A stretch of DNA of 64,000 nucleotides, taken from IMG/VR virus record IMGVR_UViG_3300045241_000217, positions 1 to 64,000 of that record. One strand, given 5' to 3'. Of this stretch, positions 39,667-48,223 are shown piece after piece. The notes below the pieces were generated by a model. The model was not told the DNA's origin. It saw only the letters and a list, made by a program, of their open reading frames with translations, and did not search any database. The translations under genes were made by a program, and so were the position numbers. The stretch comes from a virus. Positions within the stretch are counted from its first letter, which is position 1. Every line of letters starts with the position of its first letter.

Positions 39667-41451
39667 TCACGCCCCGCTGGACGCGCTACCGAACGGCAGG
39701 ACGAACGGCGCGCCAGCGCGAGAGCCTCCGACGATGGGGGTGATCTCCTGCTGGAGCACGTCCCCATCGAGCACCACGCTCGAGCTCGCGATCCCGGTCA
39801 CTCTCGGGTCGGCCATGAGCGCCTCGCGCAGGGTGAGGCTCGCGAGTAGCACGTGCTGGATCGTGCCCTTCACGCCCACGTTGCGGCGGATGCCGATGTC
39901 CGCGAGCTCTGGGACCATCTCGGTGCCGCGCTCGATGCCCACGGTGATCTCCGTGCCCTGCACGACGTTCTGGATCCCGCCCACGAGCGCGAGGTCGTCG
40001 AGCGTCGAGTTCTCGACGAGATCGAACGTGCCGCTCGCCGCGTAGAGGCGCTGGTCGATCGCGAGATCCACGCCGAAGATCGCTTCGTCAGCCGTCAGGT
40101 AGTCCTGCGGGCCCGCGCCGAGCGCGCCGGTGCCAGTGGCCGGGACGATCAGCGTGTCGCCCACCTTCGCGTAGCCGGGTCCTCCGCCGGGCACGATGTA
40201 CGGCGCCACGAGGCTGTTGAGGATGATCACGGCCTCGACGCTCACGCCGGCGCGGATCGCGATGCTCTCGATGGTGTCGGTCCGTTGCACCGTGACGCTC
40301 GAGAAGCCGCCGCCCGTCGGGATGTCGAGCCCCGCGATCGCGTTGGTCCCGCCCGCGACGTTGCGCACGCGCGAGCCGATGGTCGCGCCACCGGGCCCGG
40401 GTGTGCCCGACGTTCCGCTCTGCGACACGTCGCTCTGCGTGACGCTCCGCTCGCCCGAGAAACGGTCGGCGACCGTGCTCGCCTGCTGGGCGAACAGTTG
40501 CCCGTTCTGCGCGATCTGATCGATGGCCGCGCTGAGACGCCGGAGCGTGCGTGCACCCTCCGTGTCGCCCATGGCCGGCACCGCGGCGCCGAATCCGATC
40601 ATGTCGTCCTCGGCTACGTCGATCGCGTCGGCCACCTGCGTCGCGAGCTGGCCAGGGTACGCGATGGCGGAGGTGGCGCCGCTCACGAAGCCGCCGACCG
40701 CGTTGATCATCTGCGAGGCCTGGATGATCACGGTGCTGATGTTCGCGACCTTGCGCTTGTACGTCGCGAGGTTCGCGGTCACCTCCGCGATCGCCGCACG
40801 CGCGTCGTTGAACGCGCCGACGACGGTGCCGAGCGCGTTGTCGATGCCCGACGCTCGGTCGGTCGAGGTGTCCTGCTGCAACGCGGAGGCGAGCACCTCG
40901 TTCGTCGCGCTCATCGTGATGCGGTACTCGTGATGCGTCCGCGTCTTGGCCGAGTCGCGCGGCGTCTCGAACATCTTGGGGATCACCACGAAGTGGTCGT
41001 CGTCGCGGAGCGCGTGAAAGAGCATGCGCAGGGTCGCGCTGCGGGCCGGGTCCTTCTTGGCTGCCGAGTAGGCGCGGAAGAAGTTCCGCAGATCGTTGAA
41101 GTGCTTCGTCCCGCTCTGCGCGCGCCCGAAGCCCTGCGCTCCACGGAAGCCGGTCGCCGTCTTGTTGCTCATGCCGAACGTGCCGCTCAGCGTGACCTCG
41201 CGGACGATGATCCCGTTCTCCTCGCTGACGACGTTGTTGTCCTCCCCCGGGGTGATCTGCGCTTGGAACGGCTCGCTCAGCGAATACTGGACCGGGTTGA
41301 GCACGAACACGAAGACGGGCGGCAGGCCGTCCGGCGCCTCGCCCGTGCGCGTATCGACCATCTCGAGCACGAAGCCCTGGCGGAACGCCGCGGTGAGCTC
41401 GCTGATGGTCGCGCCCGAGCCGTCGGGACCACGGAGTTGGAAGGGCGGCAC
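39667..41451 (-). CDS. baseplate protein: tube-initiator-like N-terminus, LysM-like segment and gp25-like C-terminus
   Basis: FVLNP..YS..EP; VQRTDTIESIA......IILNSL..PY (LysM-like); LALVGGIQNVVQ...ERGT...IGI...ALMADPRV (gp25-like). Confidence 0.7.
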   Translation of the reverse strand: MPPFQLRGPDGSGATISELTAAFRQGFVLEMVDTRTGEAPDGLPPVFVFVLNPVQYSLSEPFQAQITPGEDNNVVSEENGIIVREVTLSGTFGMSNKTATGFRGAQGFGRAQSGTKHFNDLRNFFRAYSAAKKDPARSATLRMLFHALRDDDHFVVIPKMFETPRDSAKTRTHHEYRITMSATNEVLASALQQDTSTDRASGIDNALGTVVGAFNDARAAIAEVTANLATYKRKVANISTVIIQASQMINAVGGFVSGATSAIAYPGQLATQVADAIDVAEDDMIGFGAAVPAMGDTEGARTLRRLSAAIDQIAQNGQLFAQQASTVADRFSGERSVTQSDVSQSGTSGTPGPGGATIGSRVRNVAGGTNAIAGLDIPTGGGFSSVTVQRTDTIESIAIRAGVSVEAVIILNSLVAPYIVPGGGPGYAKVGDTLIVPATGTGALGAGPQDYLTADEAIFGVDLAIDQRLYAASGTFDLVENSTLDDLALVGGIQNVVQGTEITVGIERGTEMVPELADIGIRRNVGVKGTIQHVLLASLTLREALMADPRVTGIASSSVVLDGDVLQQEITPIVGGSRAGAPFVLPFGSASSGA

Positions 41452-41469
41452 GCCCCAGCCTACCACCGG

Positions 41470-42010
41470 TCCGAGATCTCGGATCCTAAGCGCGTGGTCG
41501 GGCTTTAGCCCGACGCCCCCGCGGCGAGCGGACCACGGTCGGTGGGTGGCGTAGAGGGCGGTGAGCTCGTCTCGATCGCAACCAGGGGGCCCCGACCGGC
41601 TCGCGCATCGGTCGGCATCTCGTTCCGTCCTGGGATCCCAAGCTCACGCCAGGGGCAGGTCCATTCGCTGGCGCGTCGTCCGCGCTCCGTGCCCCGCGCC
41701 GAGATCCACCCTCGTGGACGCAGCGCGAGCCGGCTGGAGACCGGGCCCCGCAGAGCCAGGTCGGGCGAGAGCCCTACGATCCCGCAAGGACCGTTCGGCG
41801 AACATGGACCGCATCGACGCATCGACGCAAGGACGAAGTGAGGCGCGGGACCAACGGGGCCTGTTGCGACGGGGTGAAATACGACGGAACGCGAAACGCC
41901 CGGCTCTTGCGGTGCCGGGCGTTCTTGCGGTCGTCCGCGTTTCGAGGGGGCTCGTGCGTCCGACCCGATAACCCTGGCCCACGAGGGCCGGAAACACAAG
42001 CCCGTAGCTA
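41470..42010 (+). ncRNA. candidate large structured ncRNA
   Basis: Intergenic, no convincing ORF; many perfect helices, GNRA-capped hairpins and long-range complementarities (see findings). Confidence 0.5.
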
Positions 42011-42013
42011 TGG

Positions 42014-43060
42014 CTACGACTTCTTGGTCTTCGCGAGATCCGAGAGCGCATTGTCGAGCGAGGTCTTGGCCGTCGAGATCGCTTGCTGGAGCGTCTGGTA
42101 GTTGATCAGCGTGAGCGCCGGCTTTGGGAACGGCGCGGCGAGCATCACCGACTGGACGAGTCCGGAGAACGTGTCGATCGCATCGAGCACGGTCTTGAGC
42201 GCGCTCACCTGGTCGTCGCCGAGCGGGATGCGCTGGCCTGCGTTCTTGCCGAGGTCCACGCGGAGCTGGCTCCCTTCCTTGAACACCTGGACGACGTCCT
42301 CGTCGTTGCCCATCGCGATCGTGAGCCGCTGCGTGTCCTTCACGCGAACGCGCACCTGCCCGCTCGAGGCGCTCGCGTCCTCGGTCGCGATGTCGGAGTA
42401 CGCGCCCACCGTGTCGATCAGGAAGTCGCCCTGCTCGTTGATGCGCACCTCGCACCCGTAGTGGTGCGTGTAGAACTCGTCGCGCCGAGGGTTTCCGCGC
42501 GAGTCGTGCTCTCCCTCGCGCCAGCCATCACCCTCGCGAAGGACGCGGTTCGTTCGCTCATGCGAGAGCGCGCCGACGATGACCGGGAAGTTCGGGTTGG
42601 CCTCCATGAAGTCCACGGCCACCATGTCACCGTCCACGTCGCCGAGTGACGTGGACTGGTCGAGCACGGTGCCGCGGCGCGAGATCGTGCCGGTGAGGTT
42701 GAGCGGTGGCGCCTCCGGAGCTCCGCTGGGCGGTGGGTTGCCGCTGGAGGTCACGACGCGGGTGCTCGCGCGCGGCACCCACAGGTCGTGCACGTTGTTC
42801 ACGCCGTGCTGGCGTTGGAGCACGGGCACCGCGTGCAGCATGATCTGCGTGCGCACGAGCAGGACGTCGCACTCGACACACCGCCCGCGCAGGTTGCCGT
42901 CCTCGCCCACGACGCGGCTGTTCACGACCACGGCGCGGAACGGCGCCTCGGTGGGGTTCAGACGCGAGCGGCGCGAGCCACGCGGCCGCGCATCGATCCC
43001 GGACTGCACCACGACGCCCCCGCGCACGGCGGTGGGTCGGTATCGGTCCTGGTCGCTCAT
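42014..43060 (-). CDS. baseplate central spike (gp5/gpV-like)
   Basis: OB-fold-like N-terminus (GDMVAVDF...P..P.IVG), beta-rich C-terminus; follows the hub gene. Confidence 0.65.
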   Translation of the reverse strand: MSDQDRYRPTAVRGGVVVQSGIDARPRGSRRSRLNPTEAPFRAVVVNSRVVGEDGNLRGRCVECDVLLVRTQIMLHAVPVLQRQHGVNNVHDLWVPRASTRVVTSSGNPPPSGAPEAPPLNLTGTISRRGTVLDQSTSLGDVDGDMVAVDFMEANPNFPVIVGALSHERTNRVLREGDGWREGEHDSRGNPRRDEFYTHHYGCEVRINEQGDFLIDTVGAYSDIATEDASASSGQVRVRVKDTQRLTIAMGNDEDVVQVFKEGSQLRVDLGKNAGQRIPLGDDQVSALKTVLDAIDTFSGLVQSVMLAAPFPKPALTLINYQTLQQAISTAKTSLDNALSDLAKTKKS

Positions 43061-45015
43061 GGTCCTGCTCCGGTGAGACCCTCGATCGGATCGGTGTCAT
43101 TCCCCTCGGGGATGTTGATGTCCTGGCCGCGATCGAGGCGACCTTGGTCGAGCATCGGAGCTCCGGGGTCGGTGCTCGTCGCGTTGCCGCTCGGGATCTG
43201 CGAGGAGTCGCCCACCGCCGGGTCCGTGTCGTCGAGCGTGGTCACGGGCGAGTCGGGATCCGGATTGAGCCCGTCGTCGTTCCCGTCGCGCTCCACCTCG
43301 AGCGTACCGCCGCCGGCCACCGTAAAGTCGGCGCCCTCGGTCTCGCCCAGTCGGTCCTGCCGGTGCGTGAAGCCCTCCACCTGCGCCTGCGTGGGAGCGC
43401 AGTACGCGCGTCCCGCCGCGAGGTTGCCGATCAGTTCGTCGGTCGCCGACTGCGTCTCGCCATCCGCAGACGTGCCGGTGATGCAGAGCTCGGCCGCCGT
43501 GCCTGCGCCGGGCCGGTCGTAGGTCGCGTACACCTGCGCGAGGAGGTCCTCGTCGTCGTACTCGCCGCGCGTGACGGTGAGCGTGGTCTTGCCCGAGCCT
43601 GGGAACGCGTACGCGTGGGCCACGTTCTCGACGTAGTAGGTGATGACGCCCTCGGCCCGCCGCTCCTTCACGCGCGAGCCGATGCGGATCTCGGGGAAGA
43701 TGCGGTTCGTTTCCAGCGTGCCGCTGAGCTGCATCGGCGCCGGCGCGTACCAGTCGTGCACCTTCTTGAGCCACGACGCGCAGAGGCGGACGAAGTTGTA
43801 GAGCTCGGTCGAGTCGGCGCTCGCGAGCGGGATGTAGCGCGTGTTGAGCAGGTAGCGACGCACGCCGTGCTTCGCGATCGAGTCGTTGTTCCAGATCGGG
43901 ATGTTGCCCGGGCGCCCGTACTCCACGCCGTCGATCCCCTGCTGGAGGATGTTCGCGACGCCGTAGCCATCGGCGCCCAGTCCCTCGGGCTGGAAGAGCC
44001 AGTAGTTGAAGCGCGTCGCGGCACCACCCTTCGCGATCGCGCGGTGGCGCACGTCTCCGATCTCGAGCGTGTGCGTGGGGAGCGAGTTCCACTTCGAGCG
44101 CGACGTCGAGCGCCGGTCGTCGCTGCGCGTCGGGAACGGTCGCTCGCGCAGGTACACCTTGGGCACCATGTCGCGCAGGACGTTCGCGCCGAGCGCGCGC
44201 GCGCTGAACGCCGTCTGCGGAGCGAGGTCTATCCAGAACTCGTTCATGACGCCGTTGCTGTACTCCTGGAGCGAGTCCCAGAGCTTGCCGCCCGTCTGAT
44301 CGACGGAGAAGAGTTGCGGCGCGAGCGTTCGGCCGTTGACCAGATCGGTCATGTTGTCGATGCCGCGCACTCGCCCGTCGGACCCGAGGAGCTCCTCGTA
44401 GAACGAGCCACCGCCTAGACCGGGCGGGAGCATCCACTGCGCGGCCGCCGCTCCACTGTTGCCAACCCACTCCTCGAGCAGGATGCGGACGAAGTGCGCC
44501 GGGGTGCCGTTGAGGTTGTCCACCCACGCGCGCGTGAGCGCCGACTGCGAGCGCATGCCGTCGTTCGGCTGCCCAAGCAGGTTCACCCACAGTTCGGTCG
44601 TCTCGAGGATCTTGCCGACGTCGCGACCGGTGATCGTGTAGACCTCGACGCGCTTGCCCATCTCGACGCGCTCGGTCGCCTCACTGATCGAATCGATCAT
44701 CCCGCGCACGGTGTCGATCACCTGACCGTCCACCTGCACTTTGATCTTCACCCACACGTCCTCGGGGTCGGACCACAGATCACGGAGCGCGCTGCGAGCA
44801 GCGAGCGTCGGCGTCTTCTTGAACGTCAGCGACCACGTGCCAGACGCGGACCCGAAGCCCTTGTTGCTCGAGAATCCGACCACGGTGCCGAAGTCGCGGT
44901 GACTCTGGACGGGATCGGTGATCGAGAGGCCGTTGCGCGCGTCGGTGAAGAACGCGACGAGGACACGCGTGTGCGTGCTCGCCTCGTACGTGACGCGCGT
45001 TGCCTCGTGCGCCAT
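43057..45015 (-). CDS. baseplate hub protein
   Basis: SGTWSLT, GMIDSI, YTITGRDVGKILE, PEIRIGSR, YYVENVAH...TTLTVTRG. Confidence 0.75.
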   Translation of the reverse strand: MAHEATRVTYEASTHTRVLVAFFTDARNGLSITDPVQSHRDFGTVVGFSSNKGFGSASGTWSLTFKKTPTLAARSALRDLWSDPEDVWVKIKVQVDGQVIDTVRGMIDSISEATERVEMGKRVEVYTITGRDVGKILETTELWVNLLGQPNDGMRSQSALTRAWVDNLNGTPAHFVRILLEEWVGNSGAAAAQWMLPPGLGGGSFYEELLGSDGRVRGIDNMTDLVNGRTLAPQLFSVDQTGGKLWDSLQEYSNGVMNEFWIDLAPQTAFSARALGANVLRDMVPKVYLRERPFPTRSDDRRSTSRSKWNSLPTHTLEIGDVRHRAIAKGGAATRFNYWLFQPEGLGADGYGVANILQQGIDGVEYGRPGNIPIWNNDSIAKHGVRRYLLNTRYIPLASADSTELYNFVRLCASWLKKVHDWYAPAPMQLSGTLETNRIFPEIRIGSRVKERRAEGVITYYVENVAHAYAFPGSGKTTLTVTRGEYDDEDLLAQVYATYDRPGAGTAAELCITGTSADGETQSATDELIGNLAAGRAYCAPTQAQVEGFTHRQDRLGETEGADFTVAGGGTLEVERDGNDDGLNPDPDSPVTTLDDTDPAVGDSSQIPSGNATSTDPGAPMLDQGRLDRGQDINIPEGNDTDPIEGLTGAGP

Positions 45016-45020
45016 CGCTG

Positions 45021-46922
45021 TCAGCCGGTCGCCACGCCACCGTCAGCGGCCTCGCCCAGCCGGCCAGCCGCGTCGGCCGCCTGGTGGAGCAGCCGCTGGA
45101 GATCGAGCGCCGCATGCGGGCCGCTCTCGTAGTGCTGCGACGGCGCGTCACCGCTTCGGCGAGCGGCCGCACGGTCCGCTGGCGAGAGCACCGACGTCGG
45201 CGTCTGTCCCTCGCGCGTGCCGTCGGGGAGGCGAGCGCCGAACATCGCGTCAGCCGCCTCATCGGCTGCCGATCGCATGGTGTCGATCGGATGCGCCAAC
45301 GTGCTCAATGGCGTCGCGCCTCCGCCGCCCGCTCCACCGCCCGGGGGCGTGATGCCGAGGAACTGGAACACGCCGTTCATGAGCGTCCCGAGGTTCTCGA
45401 CGAGGTAGGCCGCGACGCGTTCGATCTGCGGGAGCAGAGCGGCCACCTGGTCCATCTCGGTGTTCCGGATCGACTGGTAGCTGCTCGCGAGGCTCTGGCC
45501 CACGCCCGCGCTGCGGTTGCGGTACGCAGCCTCGGCCGAGCCCACTGACGCTGCGCCGCGTGCGCCACGCCCGCGCCTGCTCAGGAAGTCGGAGCCCTCC
45601 TGCGTTCCCACGCCCCCGTGCAACTGCGACGCGTCGCCGCCCTCCAGCGCATCGATGTCGGTCTCGGTCAGTTGCTGGCCGGTGAGTTCGGGCCCGAGCG
45701 ATCGGATGAGCTGTCGGATGGACTCGCGGTTGCCGCCGCCCGCGGTGCGCAGTTGCCGCACGGCGTTCTCCATCACCTGGTCGGGTGTCTCTTGCAGACG
45801 GCGCATCGCGTCCGAGTACGTGACGCCCCGCTGCCCGTAGCCAGCGGCTTGGAGCGCGACGATCGACGAGACGTTCCCGCTCGGCCGGAAGTGCCTGAGG
45901 TTCGACGTCGCGGAGCCCGCGAGGCTCATCGCGCGCTCGCCGCCGAGACCCATGCGCCCGAGCCCCTGCACGAGCTGCTCGATCGACTCCGCCGAGAGAT
46001 CGGCGCCCTCCATGCGCGCGCTGTCGAGCGAGGAACTCAGGGCCTCCACGTACTCTGGGAGGCGAGCCTCTCGCACGCCGGCCACCATGCCGGCGGTGAT
46101 GGCATGCTGGATCAGCCGCGTCGGATTGTCGGCGTGTCCGCCGGACGTTGTCTGCGCGCGCAGGAGCCCCGCTCCGTTGATGCCCGCGCCGAACTGCGCT
46201 TCGAGCAGCGTCCCCTGCGTGCGCGGATCGAGCTCTTCACCCGTCATACCCGCACCCTGCGCGAAGGCACCGTACTGCGTGGCAGCCTGCCCAGCGTCGA
46301 GCCCGTAGCGTCCGTACCGACCGCTCGTGCGACCACCGCTGCCCAACGCGCCGTACGCGGCCGCACGAGCCTGCTCCTGCGCGACGTACTGCTGATAGTG
46401 CTGCCCGGCCGCGCCCATCGCCCCGCCGAGCACGCCGCCTACGACGGGGATGGAGCTCACCGCCGACTGATAGAACCCGCCCTGGCCTAGCTGGCTGAAG
46501 AGCCCGCCCGCCGTGCTGCCGAGCCGCGAGGCCATCGGGTTCCCGCCGCCACCGCCAGCGGGACCGCCGCCGCGGTTGCCGAGCAGCCGGGTCAGATCCC
46601 GGACGGCCGCAGCCATGTCATTGGCGCCCCCGAACGGTGGCCCGCCGCCTCCGCCACGCGGCCCACCCTGTGGCTGGTTGCTGGGCGGGAAGAACGAGCC
46701 TCCGAAGTGCCCGCCGCCTCCACCGCGCCCGCCCATCGTCTGCTCGAGCCGGCCCGCCGCCTTGGTCAGCGCCTCGATGTGGCGAGCGCTGCGTTCGAGC
46801 GAGCGCTCGAACGCCTGGAGCATCTTCTCGTCGAACGCGCGGTGCAAAGTCGCGTCGAGGCCCTTCAGCGCGCGGTCGTCCACGCTGTACTGAAGGGTCG
46901 TCTTGATCTTCTGATCCGTCAT
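45021..46922 (-). CDS. tape measure protein (putative)
   Basis: Gly/Ala-rich helical 633-aa ORF between the chaperones and the hub. Confidence 0.7.
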   Translation of the reverse strand: MTDQKIKTTLQYSVDDRALKGLDATLHRAFDEKMLQAFERSLERSARHIEALTKAAGRLEQTMGGRGGGGGHFGGSFFPPSNQPQGGPRGGGGGPPFGGANDMAAAVRDLTRLLGNRGGGPAGGGGGNPMASRLGSTAGGLFSQLGQGGFYQSAVSSIPVVGGVLGGAMGAAGQHYQQYVAQEQARAAAYGALGSGGRTSGRYGRYGLDAGQAATQYGAFAQGAGMTGEELDPRTQGTLLEAQFGAGINGAGLLRAQTTSGGHADNPTRLIQHAITAGMVAGVREARLPEYVEALSSSLDSARMEGADLSAESIEQLVQGLGRMGLGGERAMSLAGSATSNLRHFRPSGNVSSIVALQAAGYGQRGVTYSDAMRRLQETPDQVMENAVRQLRTAGGGNRESIRQLIRSLGPELTGQQLTETDIDALEGGDASQLHGGVGTQEGSDFLSRRGRGARGAASVGSAEAAYRNRSAGVGQSLASSYQSIRNTEMDQVAALLPQIERVAAYLVENLGTLMNGVFQFLGITPPGGGAGGGGATPLSTLAHPIDTMRSAADEAADAMFGARLPDGTREGQTPTSVLSPADRAAARRSGDAPSQHYESGPHAALDLQRLLHQAADAAGRLGEAADGGVATG

Positions 46923-46980
46923 CGCGCTCAGAGCGTAGCGCGTTCCTTGCCCGCGCCGTTGCTCGTGCTACCTGTCGATC

Positions 46981-47093
46981 GTCTGTCCCGCCCCAAGGGG
47001 TTCTACACGGTGCTCCTACACCCGATCGATCCGATGCGCGCATGCCTACGACCCCAAGGTCGCGGGACAGACCTTGCTCGCGTCGGATCGATC
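46981..47093 (+). promoter_or_regulatory. structured (pseudoknot-capable) leader upstream of the RAMP-like gene
   Basis: Perfect 11-bp pairs 46981-46991/47062-47072 and 47024-47034/47083-47093 in interleaved order. Confidence 0.5.
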
Positions 47094-47107
47094 AGTTGGA
47101 GGCGCCC

Positions 47108-47734
47108 ATGTTGCGCATCGAAGTCGAGATCGAAGGCCGTACCCCGCTGCTGATGAATCGCATGTCGCCCGAGGCCCTGGAGGGCCTGCGGACGAAAGCG
47201 AAGGCCCCGAAGTCCAAGACCCAAGCGTCGCAGACACCCCGCGAGCAAGCTGAGGCTCACGTCTACAAGCGCACGGACGGCGCGCCGTACTTGCCGGTAG
47301 AGAATCTGCTCTCGTGCCTGATCGCAGCGGGCGTGTTCATCCGACTCGACGGCAAGCGTCAGATGAGCACAGGCAAGAGCACGACAGTGCCTGGACTGTT
47401 CGAGATCGAGGAATCGTGGCTCCCGCTCGTCACGCCATCGGAGAACGGTGCGCGCCCACCGCTCACGTGGGATCCCGACATTCGCCAGGGCCGCAATCCG
47501 AACGGCGGGGAGGCGGTGTGCATCGTGCGGCCGCGCTTCGATCGTTGGGCAGCCTCGCTCACGATCTGCATCGACACCGAGCAGATCGACGAGGCGAAGA
47601 TTCGCGATCTCTTCGACATCGCCGGCAAGCGCATCGGGCTCGGTGACTTCCGCCCGTCGCGCAAGGGTATCTTCGGCAAGTTCAACGTGGCCCGCTGGGA
47701 ACGCCTCGACGCGATCTCTCAAGCCGCGGAGTAG
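47108..47734 (+). CDS. standalone RAMP / Cas7-like RNA-binding protein
   Basis: GGAGG RBS at 47098-47102; N-terminal strand IEVEIEGRTPLLMN, YLPVENLLSCL, RPRFDRW, C-terminal Gly-rich loop IGLGDFRPSRKGIFGKF. Confidence 0.75.
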   Translation: MLRIEVEIEGRTPLLMNRMSPEALEGLRTKAKAPKSKTQASQTPREQAEAHVYKRTDGAPYLPVENLLSCLIAAGVFIRLDGKRQMSTGKSTTVPGLFEIEESWLPLVTPSENGARPPLTWDPDIRQGRNPNGGEAVCIVRPRFDRWAASLTICIDTEQIDEAKIRDLFDIAGKRIGLGDFRPSRKGIFGKFNVARWERLDAISQAAE

Positions 47735-47744
47735 TTTACTCCCG

Positions 47745-47868
47745 GGCTGTGAATGGCTCGGCAGCGCAGCGTTCTGCTCTGTACCGCTTGCCTACGCTCG
47801 GCAGGGTTTCGTGTGGCCTGCGCCGCGGCGCTCCGCATGGTCTGGTGCGGCACTGCAACGCAACGCAA
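47745..47868 (+). repeat. pentamer array 1 (NGYNN, 25 units, one 1-nt slip)
   Basis: ggctg tgaat ggctc ggcag cgcag cgttc tgctc tgtac cgctt gccta cgctc ggcag ggttt cgtgt ggcc tgcgc cgcgg cgctc cgcat ggtct ggtgc ggcac tgcaa cgcaa cgcaa. Confidence 0.85.
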
Positions 47869-47891
47869 GGGCCCCGTGATGGGGATGGTTC

Positions 47892-47937
47892 GCTCCGAGC
47901 ATTGGGCTCGTTGCCGGTTTCGAGGACCGGACGGGGC
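47892..47937 (+). ncRNA. tRNA-like linker 1 (acceptor-like stem + T-arm)
   Basis: gctccg/cggggc stem; ccggt-TTCGAGG-accgg 5-bp stem with 7-nt loop. Confidence 0.6.
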
Positions 47938-47950
47938 ATCACGGAAGGAG

Positions 47951-48075
47951 TGTGGTGCGAGGTAGCGCGGTGTTCCGCAGCGCAGCGCCGGGTCGGGCGG
48001 GGTCGCGCACCGCTAGGTTCTGTAGCGCTCTGCGACGTGTCGCGGGGTAAGGCGACCCATCGCTCTGCTCTCCAA
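47951..48075 (+). repeat. pentamer array 2 (NGYNN, 24 units + tccaa)
   Basis: tgtgg tgcga ggtag cgcgg tgttc cgcag cgcag cgccg ggtcg ggcgg ggtcg cgcac cgcta ggttc tgtag cgctc tgcga cgtgt cgcgg ggtaa ggcga cccat cgctc tgctc tccaa; 23 of 24 units fit, no slips. Confidence 0.92.
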
Positions 48076-48094
48076 GGAGCCCTGGTGGCTGGTG

Positions 48095-48139
48095 GCTACG
48101 AGAGTCGGTCTCTCGGCGGGTTCGATGCCCGCTCGTAGC
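48095..48139 (+). ncRNA. tRNA-like linker 2 (7-bp acceptor-like stem + T-arm)
   Basis: gctacga/tcgtagc perfect 7 bp stacked on gcggg-TTCGATG-cccgc. Confidence 0.7.
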
Positions 48140-48223
48140 GTCTCGCGAGGTCGTGCTGGGCGAGGCGCGGCACTGGGCTGTGCGGTGACGTTCAGCGGTG
48201 CGCGGTACGGTGATGCAATCCAA
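48139..48223 (+). repeat. pentamer array 3 (NGYNN, 16 units + tccaa)
   Basis: cgtct cgcga ggtcg tgctg ggcga ggcgc ggcac tgggc tgtgc ggtga cgttc agcgg tgcgc ggtac ggtga tgcaa tccaa; 15 of 16 units fit. Confidence 0.88.

Noticed and set aside
41470-42010. tmRNA, RNase P RNA or group II intron
   Set aside because: I could not find the tmRNA T-arm/CCA end, the RNase P GAGGAAAGTCC motif or a group II domain V; class left open
47892-48139. True tRNA genes
   Set aside because: Only ~45 nt each, lacking separate D and anticodon arms and CCA; kept as tRNA-like elements
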